From the NCBI RefSeq assembly GCF_048593235.1, contig NC_133618.1, positions 450,658,947 to 450,722,946 of the forward strand: DNA of 64,000 nt. Reading direction: 5' to 3'. Below the pieces are notes generated by a model. The model saw nothing but the letters and a program-made list of their open reading frames with translations, did not search any database and had not been told where the DNA came from. The stretch is from Sminthopsis crassicaudata (taxonomy: Eukaryota). Below, piece after piece: positions 9,545 through 22,181 of the stretch. The stretch's first letter is position 1; every line of letters begins with the position of its first letter. Made by a program: the position numbers and the translations under genes.

Positions 9545-11170
9545 TTTTTCTTTCAAAACTTATGCACAGATAATTTTGCAATATTAGCCCTTGCAAAACC
9601 TTGTGTTCCAATTTCCCCTCTCTTCTACCATCCCTTTCCCTAGAAGGCAAATAGTCCAATATATGTTAAACATGGTAGAAATAAATGTTAAATACAATAT
9701 ACACATACATATTTTTACTATTATCTTGCTGTACAAAAAAAAAATCAAATCAAACCAGAAAAAAGTGATAAAGAAAATAAAATGCAAGCAAACGACAAAG
9801 AGAATGAAAATGCTATGTTGTGAACCACACTCAGTTCCCACAGTTTTCTCTCTGGATGTAGATGGCTCTCTTTATCACAAGACTATTGGAACTGGTCTGA
9901 ATCATCTCATTGTTGGAAAGAGACACGTCCATCAGAATTGATCATCTTGTTGTTGCCGAGTACAAAGAAATACTATTTTTGCTCATTTCACTTAGCCTCA
10001 ATTTACTTAGGCCTCTCCGAAATCATCCTGCTTATCGTTTCTTATAGAACAATAATATTCCATTGAATTTATATACCATAACTTATTCAAACATTCTCCA
10101 ACTGATGGGCTTCCATTCAGTTTCCAGTTTCTTGCCACTACAAAAAGGGCTGCCACAAACATTTTTGCATATGTGGGTTCCTTTCCCTCCTTTAAGATCT
10201 CTTTGGGATATAAGCCCAGTAGAAACACTGCTGGATCAGAGAGTATGTACAGTTTGATAACTCTTTGGACATAGTTTCAAATTGTTCTCCAGAATGATTG
10301 GATCCATTCACAATTCCACCAATCATGTATTAGTGTCCCAATTTTACCACATCCCCCTCTAACATTCATCATTATCTTTTCCTTACTTCATCATTATCTT
10401 AGCTAAACTGAGAAGTGTGTAGTGGTATCTTTTTTACTTAATTTGCATTTCTCTGATCAATAATGATTTAGAATACCTTTTCACATGACTAGAGATGGTT
10501 TCAATTTCTGCATTGGAAAATTGTCTGTTTATATCTTGTGACCATTTATTATTTGGAGAATGGCTTGAATTCTTATAAATTTGGATCAATTCTCTATATA
10601 TTTTAGAAATGAAGCTTTATCAAAACCCTTGAATGTGAAAATGTTTTTTCCAGTTGATTGCTTCCCTTCTAATCTTGTCTGCATTAATTCTGTTTGTACA
10701 AAAACTTTTTAAACTTAATATAACCAAAATTATCTATTGTGTGATCAATAATGATCTCCAATTCTTCTTTGGTCACAAATTCCTTCCTAACCTATTCCAT
10801 TCACCAACCATTCTTTCTTAGCCAGTACCAACTGGTTTTTCATAACTGTTTCTTTATAATATAGTTTTTGATATGGTATAGCTAGGCCCCCTTCTTTTGC
10901 TTTTTTTTCCATTAATTCCTTGAAATTCTTGACCTTTCTTTCTTTCAGATGAATTTTGTTATTATTTTTTCTAGGTCTGTAAAATAATTTCTTGGGAGTT
11001 TGATTGGTATAGCACTAAATAAATAGATTAATTTAGGTAGTTTTGTCATCTTTATTCTATTTGCTCAACCTATCCAAGAGCACTTGATATTTTTCCAATT
11101 GTTTAGATCTGACTTTATTTGTGTGAAAAGTGTTTTGTGGTATGTGTTCATATTGTTTCTGACTTTCCCT
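9545..11170 (-). mobile_element. 5'-truncated, internally deleted L1 (ORF2 C-terminus plus 3' UTR)
   Basis: The minus ORF at 10007-10228 reads LLGLYPKEILKEGKEPTYAKMFVAALFVVARNWKLNG, the L1 ORF2 C-terminus. A T-rich tail lies near 9545. Confidence 0.9.
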
Positions 11171-12544
11171 TGGCAGTCTCTTTCTGTTTAAATCTATGAT
11201 TCTATGACTTGCATCCCTGGCTCTTTCCAGCGGACCATATAGCTAAAGAAGGAAATGAACTCTTCAGAGTCTGGATATAGTCCTTTTGTACTGATAAATT
11301 ATTCTTTAGAACAACACATAGAGGATTTCCATTTCCCAACATGCTATTACTTTAATATTTTTTGTCTCACTTTACCAGTCCATGAAATAGGTATGACATG
11401 AAATTGCAGAGTTAGTTTCTCATGACTGAGATAAAAATTAAGCTCATTGGAAGGAGATAGAAATATTTATTTGAAATGAAAACATATTCACGGTTAACTC
11501 TCTGGAGCTTTTCCCTTTCTTAGCATAAGAAGATATCTCATGGCTACACAGAAGATATCTCCAGAACAGAAGATATCTCATGGCTCACTGGAAATCCTGG
11601 GCAATTTAATGGCAATTGGAAACTTGGGAATTTGAATGCCATTGGTAGTAGTAGAAAGAGCATTGCCTCTGGAGCAAGACGACCTGAATTCAAATTCGAC
11701 TTCTGATGCTTACTACTTGTGTAACCTTAGGCAAGTCACTACCTACTTTTACCTCTGTTGTTTTATCTATAAAAATGAGACGGTTAAACAAACTGACTTC
11801 TGAGGTCCTTTACAGTTCTAGGACCCTATGAAGGGGCAGCATTCTGACTCTCCTGCTGAAACACTCCACTGTTACTACAATTCAAAGCTAGCAATAGCCA
11901 ACACCTTTCCATTTATTTAGTCAATCAAAACATCTGCCACTATACATCAGAAATTCAAGGACACAAATATTTTAATCCAAAGGGATTGCTGAAGGTTTAA
12001 AGAATCAAGGGATCAAAAGGTTTAGAGCTATAGGGAATTTTACAATTTATCTAATCCAATCCTTTCATTTTATAGATGAGAAACTGGAGCCAAGAAAAGT
12101 AAAGTGACCTCAAAGGGTTAAATAAATGTGACATGGTAGTAGTCATAGGGAAGGGAGGAGAGACTAAACATTTGTATGGTACCATGTGCCAAGTACTGAT
12201 AAGCACTTAGTAACTTATCTCATTTAACCCTCATAACAACCTGTAAGGTAGGAACTGTTATTATTCCCATTTTACAATGGGAAAAAGGGATAGACAAAGG
12301 TTAAATGACTTGCTCAGGATCACACAGCTAACAAGTGTCTAAGGCTGTATTTACTGCCTCTATCTGCTTTTGCCACCTGATGTTTCCCTATAGTGGTGGT
12401 AAAATTTCCCAAGTCAAGACAAATAGGAAATCCTGTAGCTGAGATTCAAACCCAAATCCTTGAAATTCCAATCCAGTTTTCTTTCCATTGACTGAAGGAG
12501 AGAGCACCCAAGCTGGACTTTGAAAGAAAGAAGGCATTTCATAA

Positions 12545-12800
12545 GTTGGTTGGTTGTTATCCTTCACTCTTGAAGGGAACCAAAATGACATTGCTATATT
12601 AGATTCACATTACAATGTGATTGTGGTTGATCAGACCAATATGAGCTCAGAATTCTCTGTTGTATATCTCTGTTTTTTCTGAACTAATTCAATTCTGCTT
12701 TGCTCATAGAACACAGCACCTTCTCTGATGAGAGCATGTCATGCTGGACAGTCCTATGATAGGGTCTTCCATGTCATACAATCCATTCTAAAGTTCTTAA
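12545..12800 (-). mobile_element. RTE-derived SINE/LINE fragment
   Basis: gttgttatccttcactcttgaagggaaccaaaatgac...gatcagaccaatatgagctc...agcacagcaccttctctgatg resembles marsupial RTE-related repeats. Confidence 0.55.
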
Positions 12801-14635
12801 GAAAGATATGGACAAAGGGATCTTCACTATGAGCAATGGATCTTTATTTTCAGCGATGATCAAACAGGATTCAATACATGTAGGACCAGTGGTAGAGAGT
12901 GATGAGTTCAGGGAAAGGTGAAATCTTTGGGCATTTTTATTTTGTTACCCAGAAAAGCACTTTCTGTCCTATATAGACAGTGATAGAATTTAGCAAATGT
13001 CTGTATTATAAATTTAGCAAATATATGTATTATAAATTCACTGAGACAGAACTCATGAAACTGGAAGGAACTCCAAGAAAACTTCAACTCTACAACTTCA
13101 GGGGACATGTTTACACCTATTTTATAGAGGACAACAACAATGAAGTCCAGTAATGTTATTACTTTCCCAAAAAAACAAAGTAGAGCTGGGACTAGAACCC
13201 ATAAAACCCTTTGTTCCTGAAAGAGCAGTAACTAGCAGTCAGAAGACATTGGTTTCAATTATATATGTATTATTCATCCCACTTTGGGTTACTTTTCTAA
13301 GCCTCAATTCTTTCATTCATAAAAATGGAAACAATAGTCACTGCCCAAACCTATTTCAGAGAGATTTTGTGAAGATCAGATTTACAAGCATTTTGCAATT
13401 ATAACAGTGAGAGGCAGGGTTTTGAGGGTAGAACGCTCCTGAGTCAAGAGAATATCCATTGAAATCTTGTCTTTATATGAAATCATTCTAGCTCTGTCAC
13501 CCCTAGGCATGTTGTTTGACCACTCAGTGGTCCTAAGCAACTTTTTGAGGCTATAAATTGAATATTTATAGATCTAAATTAATAGAGGAAATTATCTTCA
13601 TAGGAAGCCCCCTGAATCAATGAAATCTAGGTCTGACTTTTTTTTTTTATCCACATGTTATTATTATCCTGATCCCCATCACAATAGATTGTCCAATTTA
13701 CAGCTTGGATCCCATAGGAAAAACCAATGGTCCAGTGTCAGTGTTAATGTCAAAAATGGTAGTGTGCAATTGTTAAAAGTGGTTTGTGTGCAATCTGCTT
13801 AAGGGTTAACAAATCTCAGAGAAGGATTTTATTTCAATCAGAAGGAACCTTAGGCCATATAGAACATAAAAATTCCCTCTAAAACTCCTTACAGATAATC
13901 ATCCAAACTTTGATTAGAGATCTCTCCTAAAAAGGATCCTGCTATAAACCAAGGCAACTCATTCCAAATTTGAATAACACTAATACTTAGGATTTTTCTC
14001 CATAAATTGTCAAAAATCTGCCTTCCTTCCACTTCTACCCATTTCTCTTAGTTCTCCTGTCAGGAGCCAAGAAAAACCAGTCTAATCTCACACAGCAGCC
14101 TTCCAAATATTTGACAACAATGACAACAATTTGACAATGTATTCTCTTCCAAGTCTCCTCTTGGCTAAACACCATCAATTCCTTTAACCAGCCTTCACAT
14201 GACATAATTTCATTGCATTATATTATCCTAGTATCCTTCCTTTGACTACTTCCTGAATGTCTTTCCTAAAAATCAGATATACCCGAAAAATCAGTCCATT
14301 AATCAGTTAGGGATGCTGGAAAGCGGACCACCAGATCAGGATCACCAGAAAACCAAATGACGAGACAGGGTAACAGGAAACCCTACAAGAAATATTGAAA
14401 TCAAGAAGTTTTGCAAGTCTTGTCACCACTGCAGCCTGTGATCCCAATTGACTACTGAAGATTTAGTTTTACAGAGGGGAAAATGGGACTCAGAAAGGGA
14501 ACTTATTCTTCCAAGATTATAAAGCAGTAACAAGTGGTAGATTGAGGGCTTATAATCAAGTCATCTGACTTTTCCCCCTGAATTGTCGTGTCAATTTATG
14601 CCAGTCATTGGGCGTTAGGCATAGAAATGCCTAGA

Positions 14636-14950
14636 NNNNNNNNNNNNNNNNNNNNNNNNNNNNNNNNNNNNNNNNNNNNNNNNNNNNNNNNNNNNNNNNN
14701 NNNNNNNNNNNNNNNNNNNNNNNNNNNNNNNNNNNNNNNNNNNNNNNNNNNNNNNNNNNNNNNNNNNNNNNNNNNNNNNNNNNNNNNNNNNNNNNNNNNN
14801 NNNNNNNNNNNNNNNNNNNNNNNNNNNNNNNNNNNNNNNNNNNNNNNNNNNNNNNNNNNNNNNNNNNNNNNNNNNNNNNNNNNNNNNNNNNNNNNNNNNN
14901 NNNNNNNNNNNNNNNNNNNNNNNNNNNNNNNNNNNNNNNNNNNNNNNNNN
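14636..14950. other. Assembly gap
   Basis: Run of N. Confidence 1.
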
Positions 14951-15373
14951 GAGGCAAATCAATTCTCTGTGTTTCACCATCTGCCCCTATAAAAAAGAGT
15001 AAGACAGATCAAATGGGACCTAAAGTTACCATCTGACATTCAATAATTCCATATGAAGTGATTACACTGTACACTCCAGCAAAGGAAAGCTAATTATATG
15101 TCAGGTCCAGGGTTCCGTACTGTGAATGGGACAACAGTGTGTCTGTGCTGTATTCTGAGCCTGCCTCCCTCTGTGAAGTCACTTGCCCATCTGTGAGGTC
15201 ATACTGAGTTAAGGCGGCTTCCATAAACCTCCCTGTCTACCCTTGACAGGACATCTTTATGGTGTCCCAAAGCAGGAGTTTGCCCTATATCTAGTACATT
15301 TCTTCCCGATACAGTGTAGCGATTACCCTATTCTTTGAACAAAGCCCACCAGTGGAATCTGAGGAAGAAAAAT

Positions 15374-15474
15374 ATGCGTCGGAATCAAAGGGGACATTCA
15401 ATTGATTGTTCCAACAGAACAGAGAATGAGAGTGACAGGGAGCCAACCCCAACTCCACTGACCAGATCCAGAAG
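15374..15474 (+). CDS. SUN5: SUN5 coding exon 1 (inferred)
   Basis: ATG with A at -3. Reads MRRNQRGHSIDCSNRTENESDREPTPTPLTRSR and ends in a phase-2 donor AG|GTAGAG on an Arg codon, as in eutherian SUN5 exon 1. Sequence homology is weak. Confidence 0.55.
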
Positions 15475-17659
15475 GTAGAGAAAATCCTGAGGCTTAGCAA
15501 GATACCTGGAATGGAGGGAGGGAGAAAAGACTCCCAGAGAGGACAGGGGCTTGGTATTGGGACTGCCTGGAAGGGACCCAATCCTATGTGCCCTAGAGGC
15601 GTCCCTCAAGCTCTGCCTCTGGCCCAGCCTCCTGGGAACAGGGACAGCTGGGTTCTGATCCCCATATTCTGTCCCTGGCATGATCTCCTGAGGAAGGGCT
15701 TGTTGGTTCAAAGGAAGGTGCCCTGCCCAGGCAGCACTTTTAGAAGAAGGTGCTTTCAAAGTTTTGTAGTAACCTACATTCATTTATTCATTCATTCATG
15801 TACACATGCATGAATACAATAGCTATTTATGAAGTTCCAGGCATCATGGTAGGTGTTAGGGATACAAGGCCAAAGACAAAATATGTCTTTGAAGGTCTTA
15901 TATTCTACTGATGACAAATAGTGTGAGCACAGATAAGTAAAGAAAATATAGACAGATGCTATTCACACCCAGAGAAAGAAGTGAAAAATAAATGTAGGTT
16001 ATGGTTTTACATTTATGTATATATACATATACATATGACTATATATGTATACACATATACATATACACACATATTTATGTCTAATGGCAACCTCCTCTAG
16101 AGCAGGGTTGGGAGGGAGAAACAAAAAATGTTTAAAAATACACAGAAAAAAAAACTTAGAAGGAAGCACAGAAAAGCAGGGTAGTTTTGAAAATAATATA
16201 TGGTATTTATTACATTTTTCAAAAAAAAGTAAATGGTGTGAAATAGAAATTCTTGGTTTTATATTGAATCTTTTTATGGTATACTGTTTTAAAGATGTAT
16301 TTTTTTGTCTTTTGTTTTTAAGTTAAAAATGAATTTTAATTTTTTAAAAAGAAAGAAAATACAAAGTAATTTCATGAGAGTGAGGAGGATGACAGCAATT
16401 AAGGACATCAGGGTAGTCCTGGAAAAGAAAGTAGTATTTAAGCTAAATCTTGAAGGCAAGTCAAGAATCCACAAGACTCACTCATTATGTGTCTTTGGAC
16501 AAATCAATTCTACTCTCCAGGCCTCTGTGTTCCCCTGCATTTCAGGTATGGGAGACAGTCTTTGCAAAAAAGACATAATATGGAATCAAATGTGAATGGA
16601 AAGTATTCACTAAGATAGTTTGTCTAGAAGATAGAAGTTATAAAGGTGAATAATTTGAAATAAACCTGTCTCTGGGAACAGAGACACATTTTGAAGGATT
16701 TTAAATGACAAATACAGAAGTTTTCATTTTATCTTGGAGGCAACAGAGAGCCACTGAAATCTGGTCAAACCTGTGTTTTAGGAAGTCACTTTGGCAACTG
16801 TGTCGGGAAAGGTCTGGAGTGGGAGACTTGAGCCACAGAAATCAATTAGGAAGTGATTACAATAGCAAAAAGACTCTGAACAAGGGGAGTAGAATTGTGA
16901 GGGGAGGGAAGAAGTTGAATGGAATAGATATTGGAGAGGAAGAATTGACAGGCCTCCAATAACCAAGGGTAGGATGGGAAGTGATTGAAAGTGGAGAGTC
17001 AAGGGGATTCTGATGTTTTAATGTGGGTGATTGAAAGGATAGTGGTACAGGGAAACTAGGAAGAGTATGTTGAGATTATTTGAAGGAGATTGATTTTCCT
17101 AAACTGCATGTCCAACCAAGTCCCCTCCCATTCACTCCCACCCCCCACCCCTAGTCAATAAATTTCAGTGATTTATCTCTGAGATCAAATGCAAAATTCT
17201 CTGTTCAAAGTCCTTCATAACCTAACCCCACTCTTTCTAATCTTTTTATGCTCTGCTATTCTCCTCAGATACTCTTCCAGCCAGTGAAGCTGTCCTCTTA
17301 GCTATTCCACTAACAAGATACTATCTCCTATCTCAGGCAATTTCTCAGGTTGTCTTCAACACTTAGAGTGCTTCACTTCCCAGATTTCCTGGTTTCTTTC
17401 CAGCCTCCTTCCAGCTAAAACCCCACTATCTATGGGAAGCCTTTCTCATTCCTTCTCAATTCTAATACCTTTAATCTCTTAATATTTTCTATTTATCCTG
17501 TATATATAGCTTGTTTATTCATATCTGTTTGTTGTCTCCCCATCAGATTAAAGGCAGGAACTCTCACTTCTTTTTTAGTTCTCACCCTTAGCTCAGTGCC
17601 TAACATATAGTCATTAATAAATGCTTATTGACTGTCTGAATGTGATTCTCTCTCCCTAG

Positions 17660-17763
17660 GCCATCATCTCGAAATCAAACTCTCACGGTGTCTGATGAAG
17701 GAAGTATGAATGAGAGTCCTGAAGACTCCTGCTTGGTCACCCGAACCAGTGAGCAGAGCACCA
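17660..17763 (+). CDS. SUN5: SUN5 coding exon 2 (inferred)
   Basis: Pyrimidine tract plus TAG acceptor. Open frame PSSRNQTLTVSDEGSMNESPEDSCLVTRTSEQST, then a phase-1 donor A|GTAAGT. Phases fit the neighbouring exons. Confidence 0.6.
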
Positions 17764-19112
17764 GTAAGTAGGGGGATGGAGGAGTAAGGAAGAATTACAA
17801 ACAGCAGTAGGACACCAGTAAAACTGGTGGTAATGGTGGTGCTGGTGTGGTATTGGTGCTGATGGTGCTAGTGGTCCTTTGTTCTCAAAGAGAACCACTA
17901 AATAGAGTTGTCTTTGATACATGTCACTAGGTGCTCTTCTCCCAGTATTCTGATAAGGCCATTAAAGCACTGTTACCATCCTCTCTCTTCCTCTCTTTCC
18001 AAACAAGGAACTGAGATATCCCCTAATATTCAGTGATCAGTGACTGATAATAGTCACATTTACATATGTTTTATAATCATCAGGAGCTTTTATTTTAAAC
18101 CTCACAAAAACTCTATAATGAAAGCAGGGCAAATACTATTTTCCCCATTTACAGAACAGGAATCAGGCTCAGGTAACATGCTAGTAAATGACAGAGTCAG
18201 GATTAGGATCCAGGTCCTATAACTGTGTCTTGAAGGTTCTATTTCACATCTGAAGGTGGGGAAAAATAGGGGACCCATATTTACATTTTAAGCAGTATCT
18301 CAAAGTAAAGGAATAAAGAACTAATGGTGTGATTTCAGTTATGCATCAATGAATAAGAAGGGAGGTTTTTGGATAAAGGACTTTGTCACCCAGAAACCTG
18401 AATCAATTGGTAGCTCCCTCCTCCACCACCTCTGTCTCCCTGAGGCAGCTGGTTATCATCATAGATAGAGAGCTATTTGTGGGGTCAGGAAGATCTTAGA
18501 TCCAAGACTATTTCAAATTATTTATAGCTGTGTTCCTCTGAAAAACTTATTTAGCCTCTCTCACTCTGTTTCTTTATAAAATAGGTTTAATAATAGTACC
18601 TACTTTATGTTCTCTTATTTGGATTATGTATCTGTGTATTTCCACTATCTTAACCTTCCTCTACAACAAACTCAACCAGGACAGCCTGGAACTACCATAG
18701 AATATTTGGACTATTTGGGAAACCCCAAGACCCTAGCACAAAGAGGTAGAAGTCTCTTAAAGTCTAGTTCTTTTCAGAATTATCCTCTGCCTACTCAAGG
18801 CATCATGGTGATTTATGATTCCAGAGGAGGCAGATATTCTTTAGTTGTCTTCAAATCATCCCTATCCAACCCTGGCTCCCAGGGCTGACCAAAGTGAAAC
18901 TTGCACACTTGTATCTAATAAGTCATGACTCTCTTACCAATTCCCCTCCCAGAGGTCAGATAGACAAAACCTTATATATTAATTTATAAGCTGCTCATAG
19001 ACCAAAGATAAGGATATTTGACCAAATGCATGATCCAAAAGAAAGACTAGATTTGGAGGTGAGGTGGGATTTATGTGTGCTTTAATTTAATAGAGAAAAA
19101 TACAAATAGAGA

Positions 19113-19128
19113 CAGACAGATAGATAGG

Positions 19129-19154
<26 letters not shown>
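19113..19154 (+). repeat. (GATA)n microsatellite
   Basis: Direct reading. Confidence 0.95.
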
Positions 19155-19176
<22 letters not shown>

Positions 19177-19211
19177 TTACTAAGTACTCAATTCATACCA
19201 GGGGTTCTGCT

Positions 19212-19995
19212 AAACCTTGAAGAGACAAATACAAAAAAGTAAAATAACCTCCTCTCGGAAAATTCACATCCTTCCTGAAGCCTTTCTGTAGTACCATAGA
19301 AAACAATATATATTTGATGACTGTTGACTGAGTTTCATATCACACACACAGAGGAAGTGGAAGTTGGGAAGAGTTACACAGCAGCATGATTGGCCAGAAA
19401 GTGAGGTAGAGGCCTGGTTCTGGGTGAGAGTAGGCAAAAACTCAGCTAGCTCCGGGACCCTCTGGGTTTCAGGAGAACAAGGTGGGAGTGATATCAGGAC
19501 TGGAGTTGGTATATAATAATGTTGTAATGGGGGCTTTCTCTACTTCCATTTTCATTGATGAGTGAGTTTGATCCTCTATAGGACTAGACTGATTAGCTCC
19601 CTCAAACCTTGAAGAGACAAATACAAAAAAGTAAAATAACCTCCTCTCGGAAAATTCACATCCTTCCTGAAGCCTTTCTGTAGTACCATAGAAAACAATA
19701 TATATTTGATGACTGTTGACTGAGTTTCATATCACACACACAGAGGAAGTGGAAGTTGGGAAGAGTTACACAGCAGCATGATTGGCCAGAAAGTGAGGTA
19801 GAGGCCTGGTTCTGGGTGAGAGTAGGCAAAAACTCAGCTAGCTCCGGGACCCTCTGGGTTTCAGGAGAACAAGGTGGGAGTGATATCAGGACTGGAGTTG
19901 GTATATAATAATGTTGTAATGGGGGCTTTCTCTACTTCCATTTTCATTGATGAGTGAGTTTGATCCTCTATAGGACTAGACTGATTAGCTCCCTC
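19212..19995 (+). repeat. Perfect 2 x 392 bp tandem duplication
   Basis: 19212-19603 and 19604-19995 look identical by eye (aaaccttgaagagac ... gattagctccctc). Confidence 0.95.
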
Positions 19996-20338
19996 TTCCC
20001 CTCTGGATTCCCAGGGGAACTTCTTAGGGACAGTGAAGCTCTTCTCTATAATGACTAATAATGGATTTAAAGTCAGAAGAGCAAACTTCAAAAACCTAGA
20101 TCTTCTGCTTTCTATCTCCATGACTTTAGCTAAGTCATTTTTTCTTACTAAACTTTAGGTTTTTTTTCCTCTGTAAAATAAGAAAAGCATACTAGGTAAA
20201 TGATCTTTAAAGTATCTCAGAATTCTCTTTAAGTATGTCAGAATTCTCTAACTCTATGAGTTTAGTCACAGGACTGGAATAAGACTTCTTTAAATGTTTC
20301 TGTTACTTAATTAAATTCATTTTTGTGTCATCAAACAG

Positions 20339-20410
20339 GTGAAGAAGATTCACCCCAAATAGTCACAGCTATCATCCCTTCCTCTTGCAGAAATCTGCTA
20401 AGCAGGCTGA
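20339..20410 (+). CDS. SUN5: SUN5 coding exon 3 (inferred)
   Basis: CAG acceptor. Only the phase-1 frame is open (EEDSPQIVTAIIPSSCRNLLSRL). Donor A|GTACGT. Length is 72 bp against about 75 bp in human. Confidence 0.6.
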
Positions 20411-21489
20411 GTACGTACGTATGTATGAAAGATGAAGCATTTACCATCTCCTTGGGATGGGCCTGATGCTAAGGGCCCAAAGCATCAGGGGAATTTGATT
20501 TGTACCCACTATCAGCCTATCCCACTGGTAAGGTCCCTTGGGAAGACTTTGTTAGTATTCTTTTCAAATCCACCATGGAACTCAAAGGGACTGATGAAGA
20601 TCTATCTGCTCTGAGAGTACTCATAATTCTGCCCTGAACTTGGCCAATTTCCTTCCCCCAAAACAGGAACACACAGTACCATCCAGCCCCCACTAGAAAC
20701 ATACTTCAAAGCATCTGATCTGAGTGGGCTTAAATATCATCTCCATATATAAATGGCACTCTTTTATAATTATTAATAGAAATTCTCACTCATAATGAGT
20801 CATTACTAGTTATTGTTTAGGTTAATGGTTAATAATTGTCCAGTAACCATTACATGGTTACTTTTAGGAACTCTAAACAGTAACAAATGCTCATAGCTGG
20901 ATTTCAAGTCTAGCACTCTTTCTGAAAAATTGATGTAAAATCATGAAGAGAAACAAGATGGTGCTATAGAAAAACCACTGGAAATATTTAAATTTGAATC
21001 CTGATTCTAATGCCTTTTTGAGCTTTGGAACCCTAGACAAATCTTGTGTCTAAACTCCTTGAGAAAGCTGTTTACAATAGGTGCCTTCACTTCCTCTCCT
21101 CTTCTCCTCTGCTAAACTCTATAGTCTCGTCATTCAACTGAAATTGTTCTCTCCAAATCACTGATTTCTTAATTGACAAATCCAATAGCTTTTTCTCAAT
21201 CCTCATTCTTCTTGATTTCTCTGCAGCCTTTGACATTTCAAATTACCCTCTTCTCCTTGATAATTCTGTGCTCTTCAGGATACTAATCTCTTCTGATTTT
21301 TCTCCTCCCTATTTGATTGCTCTTTCTCAGTGTTCTTGGCTGAAACTTCATTCATTAACTTGTCCGATAGGGCTTTATCCTGGTTCCTCTTCCCATTTTT
21401 CTTCATATTTCTTCACTTGTGATCTCATCAACTCCTATAGATTAATTATAATCTCTATGGTGGTGATTCTTTTTAATTATATTTTATTT

Positions 21490-22165
21490 TTCCCAAATTA
21501 GACGTTAAAACAATTTTAAACTTTTTTTATGGTTTTGAGTTACACATTCTCTCCCCCTCTCTACTTCCACCTTGAAATAGTAAGCAATCCTACATAGTTT
21601 ATACATGTGCAATCATGTAAAACACTGCCATATTAGTCATTTTATACAAGAAGACTTGAATTTTAAAAAATAATGACAGAAAGAAAATGAAAAATTTCAT
21701 GTTTTATCTGTATTATAAAAGCATCAGTTCTTTCTCTTGGGACAGAAAGTATGCTTCATCATTAGTCTTTTGGAATTGACTTGGATCACTGTATTGCTGA
21801 GAATAGCTAAGCCATTGACAATTCATAATATAATCTTGCTGCTTCTGTGTACCATGTTTTCCTGATTCTGTTCACTTCACTTTGCATCAGTTTACATATG
21901 TCTTTCCAGATGTTTGTGGTCAGTTTGCTTATGATTTCTTACAACACAATCATATTCATTCACAATCATTTACCACAATTTGTTTAGCCATTGTCCCATT
22001 GATGAACATTCTCATTATTTCCAACTCTTAGCCACAACAAAAAGACTGCTATAAATATTTTCCCTTACTTTAGGACTTTGAAATATAGACCTAGCAGTGG
22101 TATTGCTGAATTAAAGGGTATGCACAGTTTTATAGTCCTATGAACAGAGTTCCAAATTATTCTCT
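21490..22165 (-). mobile_element. Old L1 3' end (host element, continues at 24609 to about 25170)
   Basis: Minus-strand L1 3' UTR and ORF2-end motifs. The sequence is collinear across the younger L1 insertion. Confidence 0.75.
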
Positions 22166-22181
22166 AGAATGACTGGATCAG

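Noticed and set aside
14627-14635. ATG CCT AGA (MPR), matching the eutherian SUN5 N-terminus, just before a gap
   Set aside because: Only three codons are visible, and they lie within a small inverted repeat (ggcat-agaa-atgcc). The downstream exon at 15250-15474 has stops in the SUN5 frame upstream of 15374. It cannot be excluded until the gap is closed.
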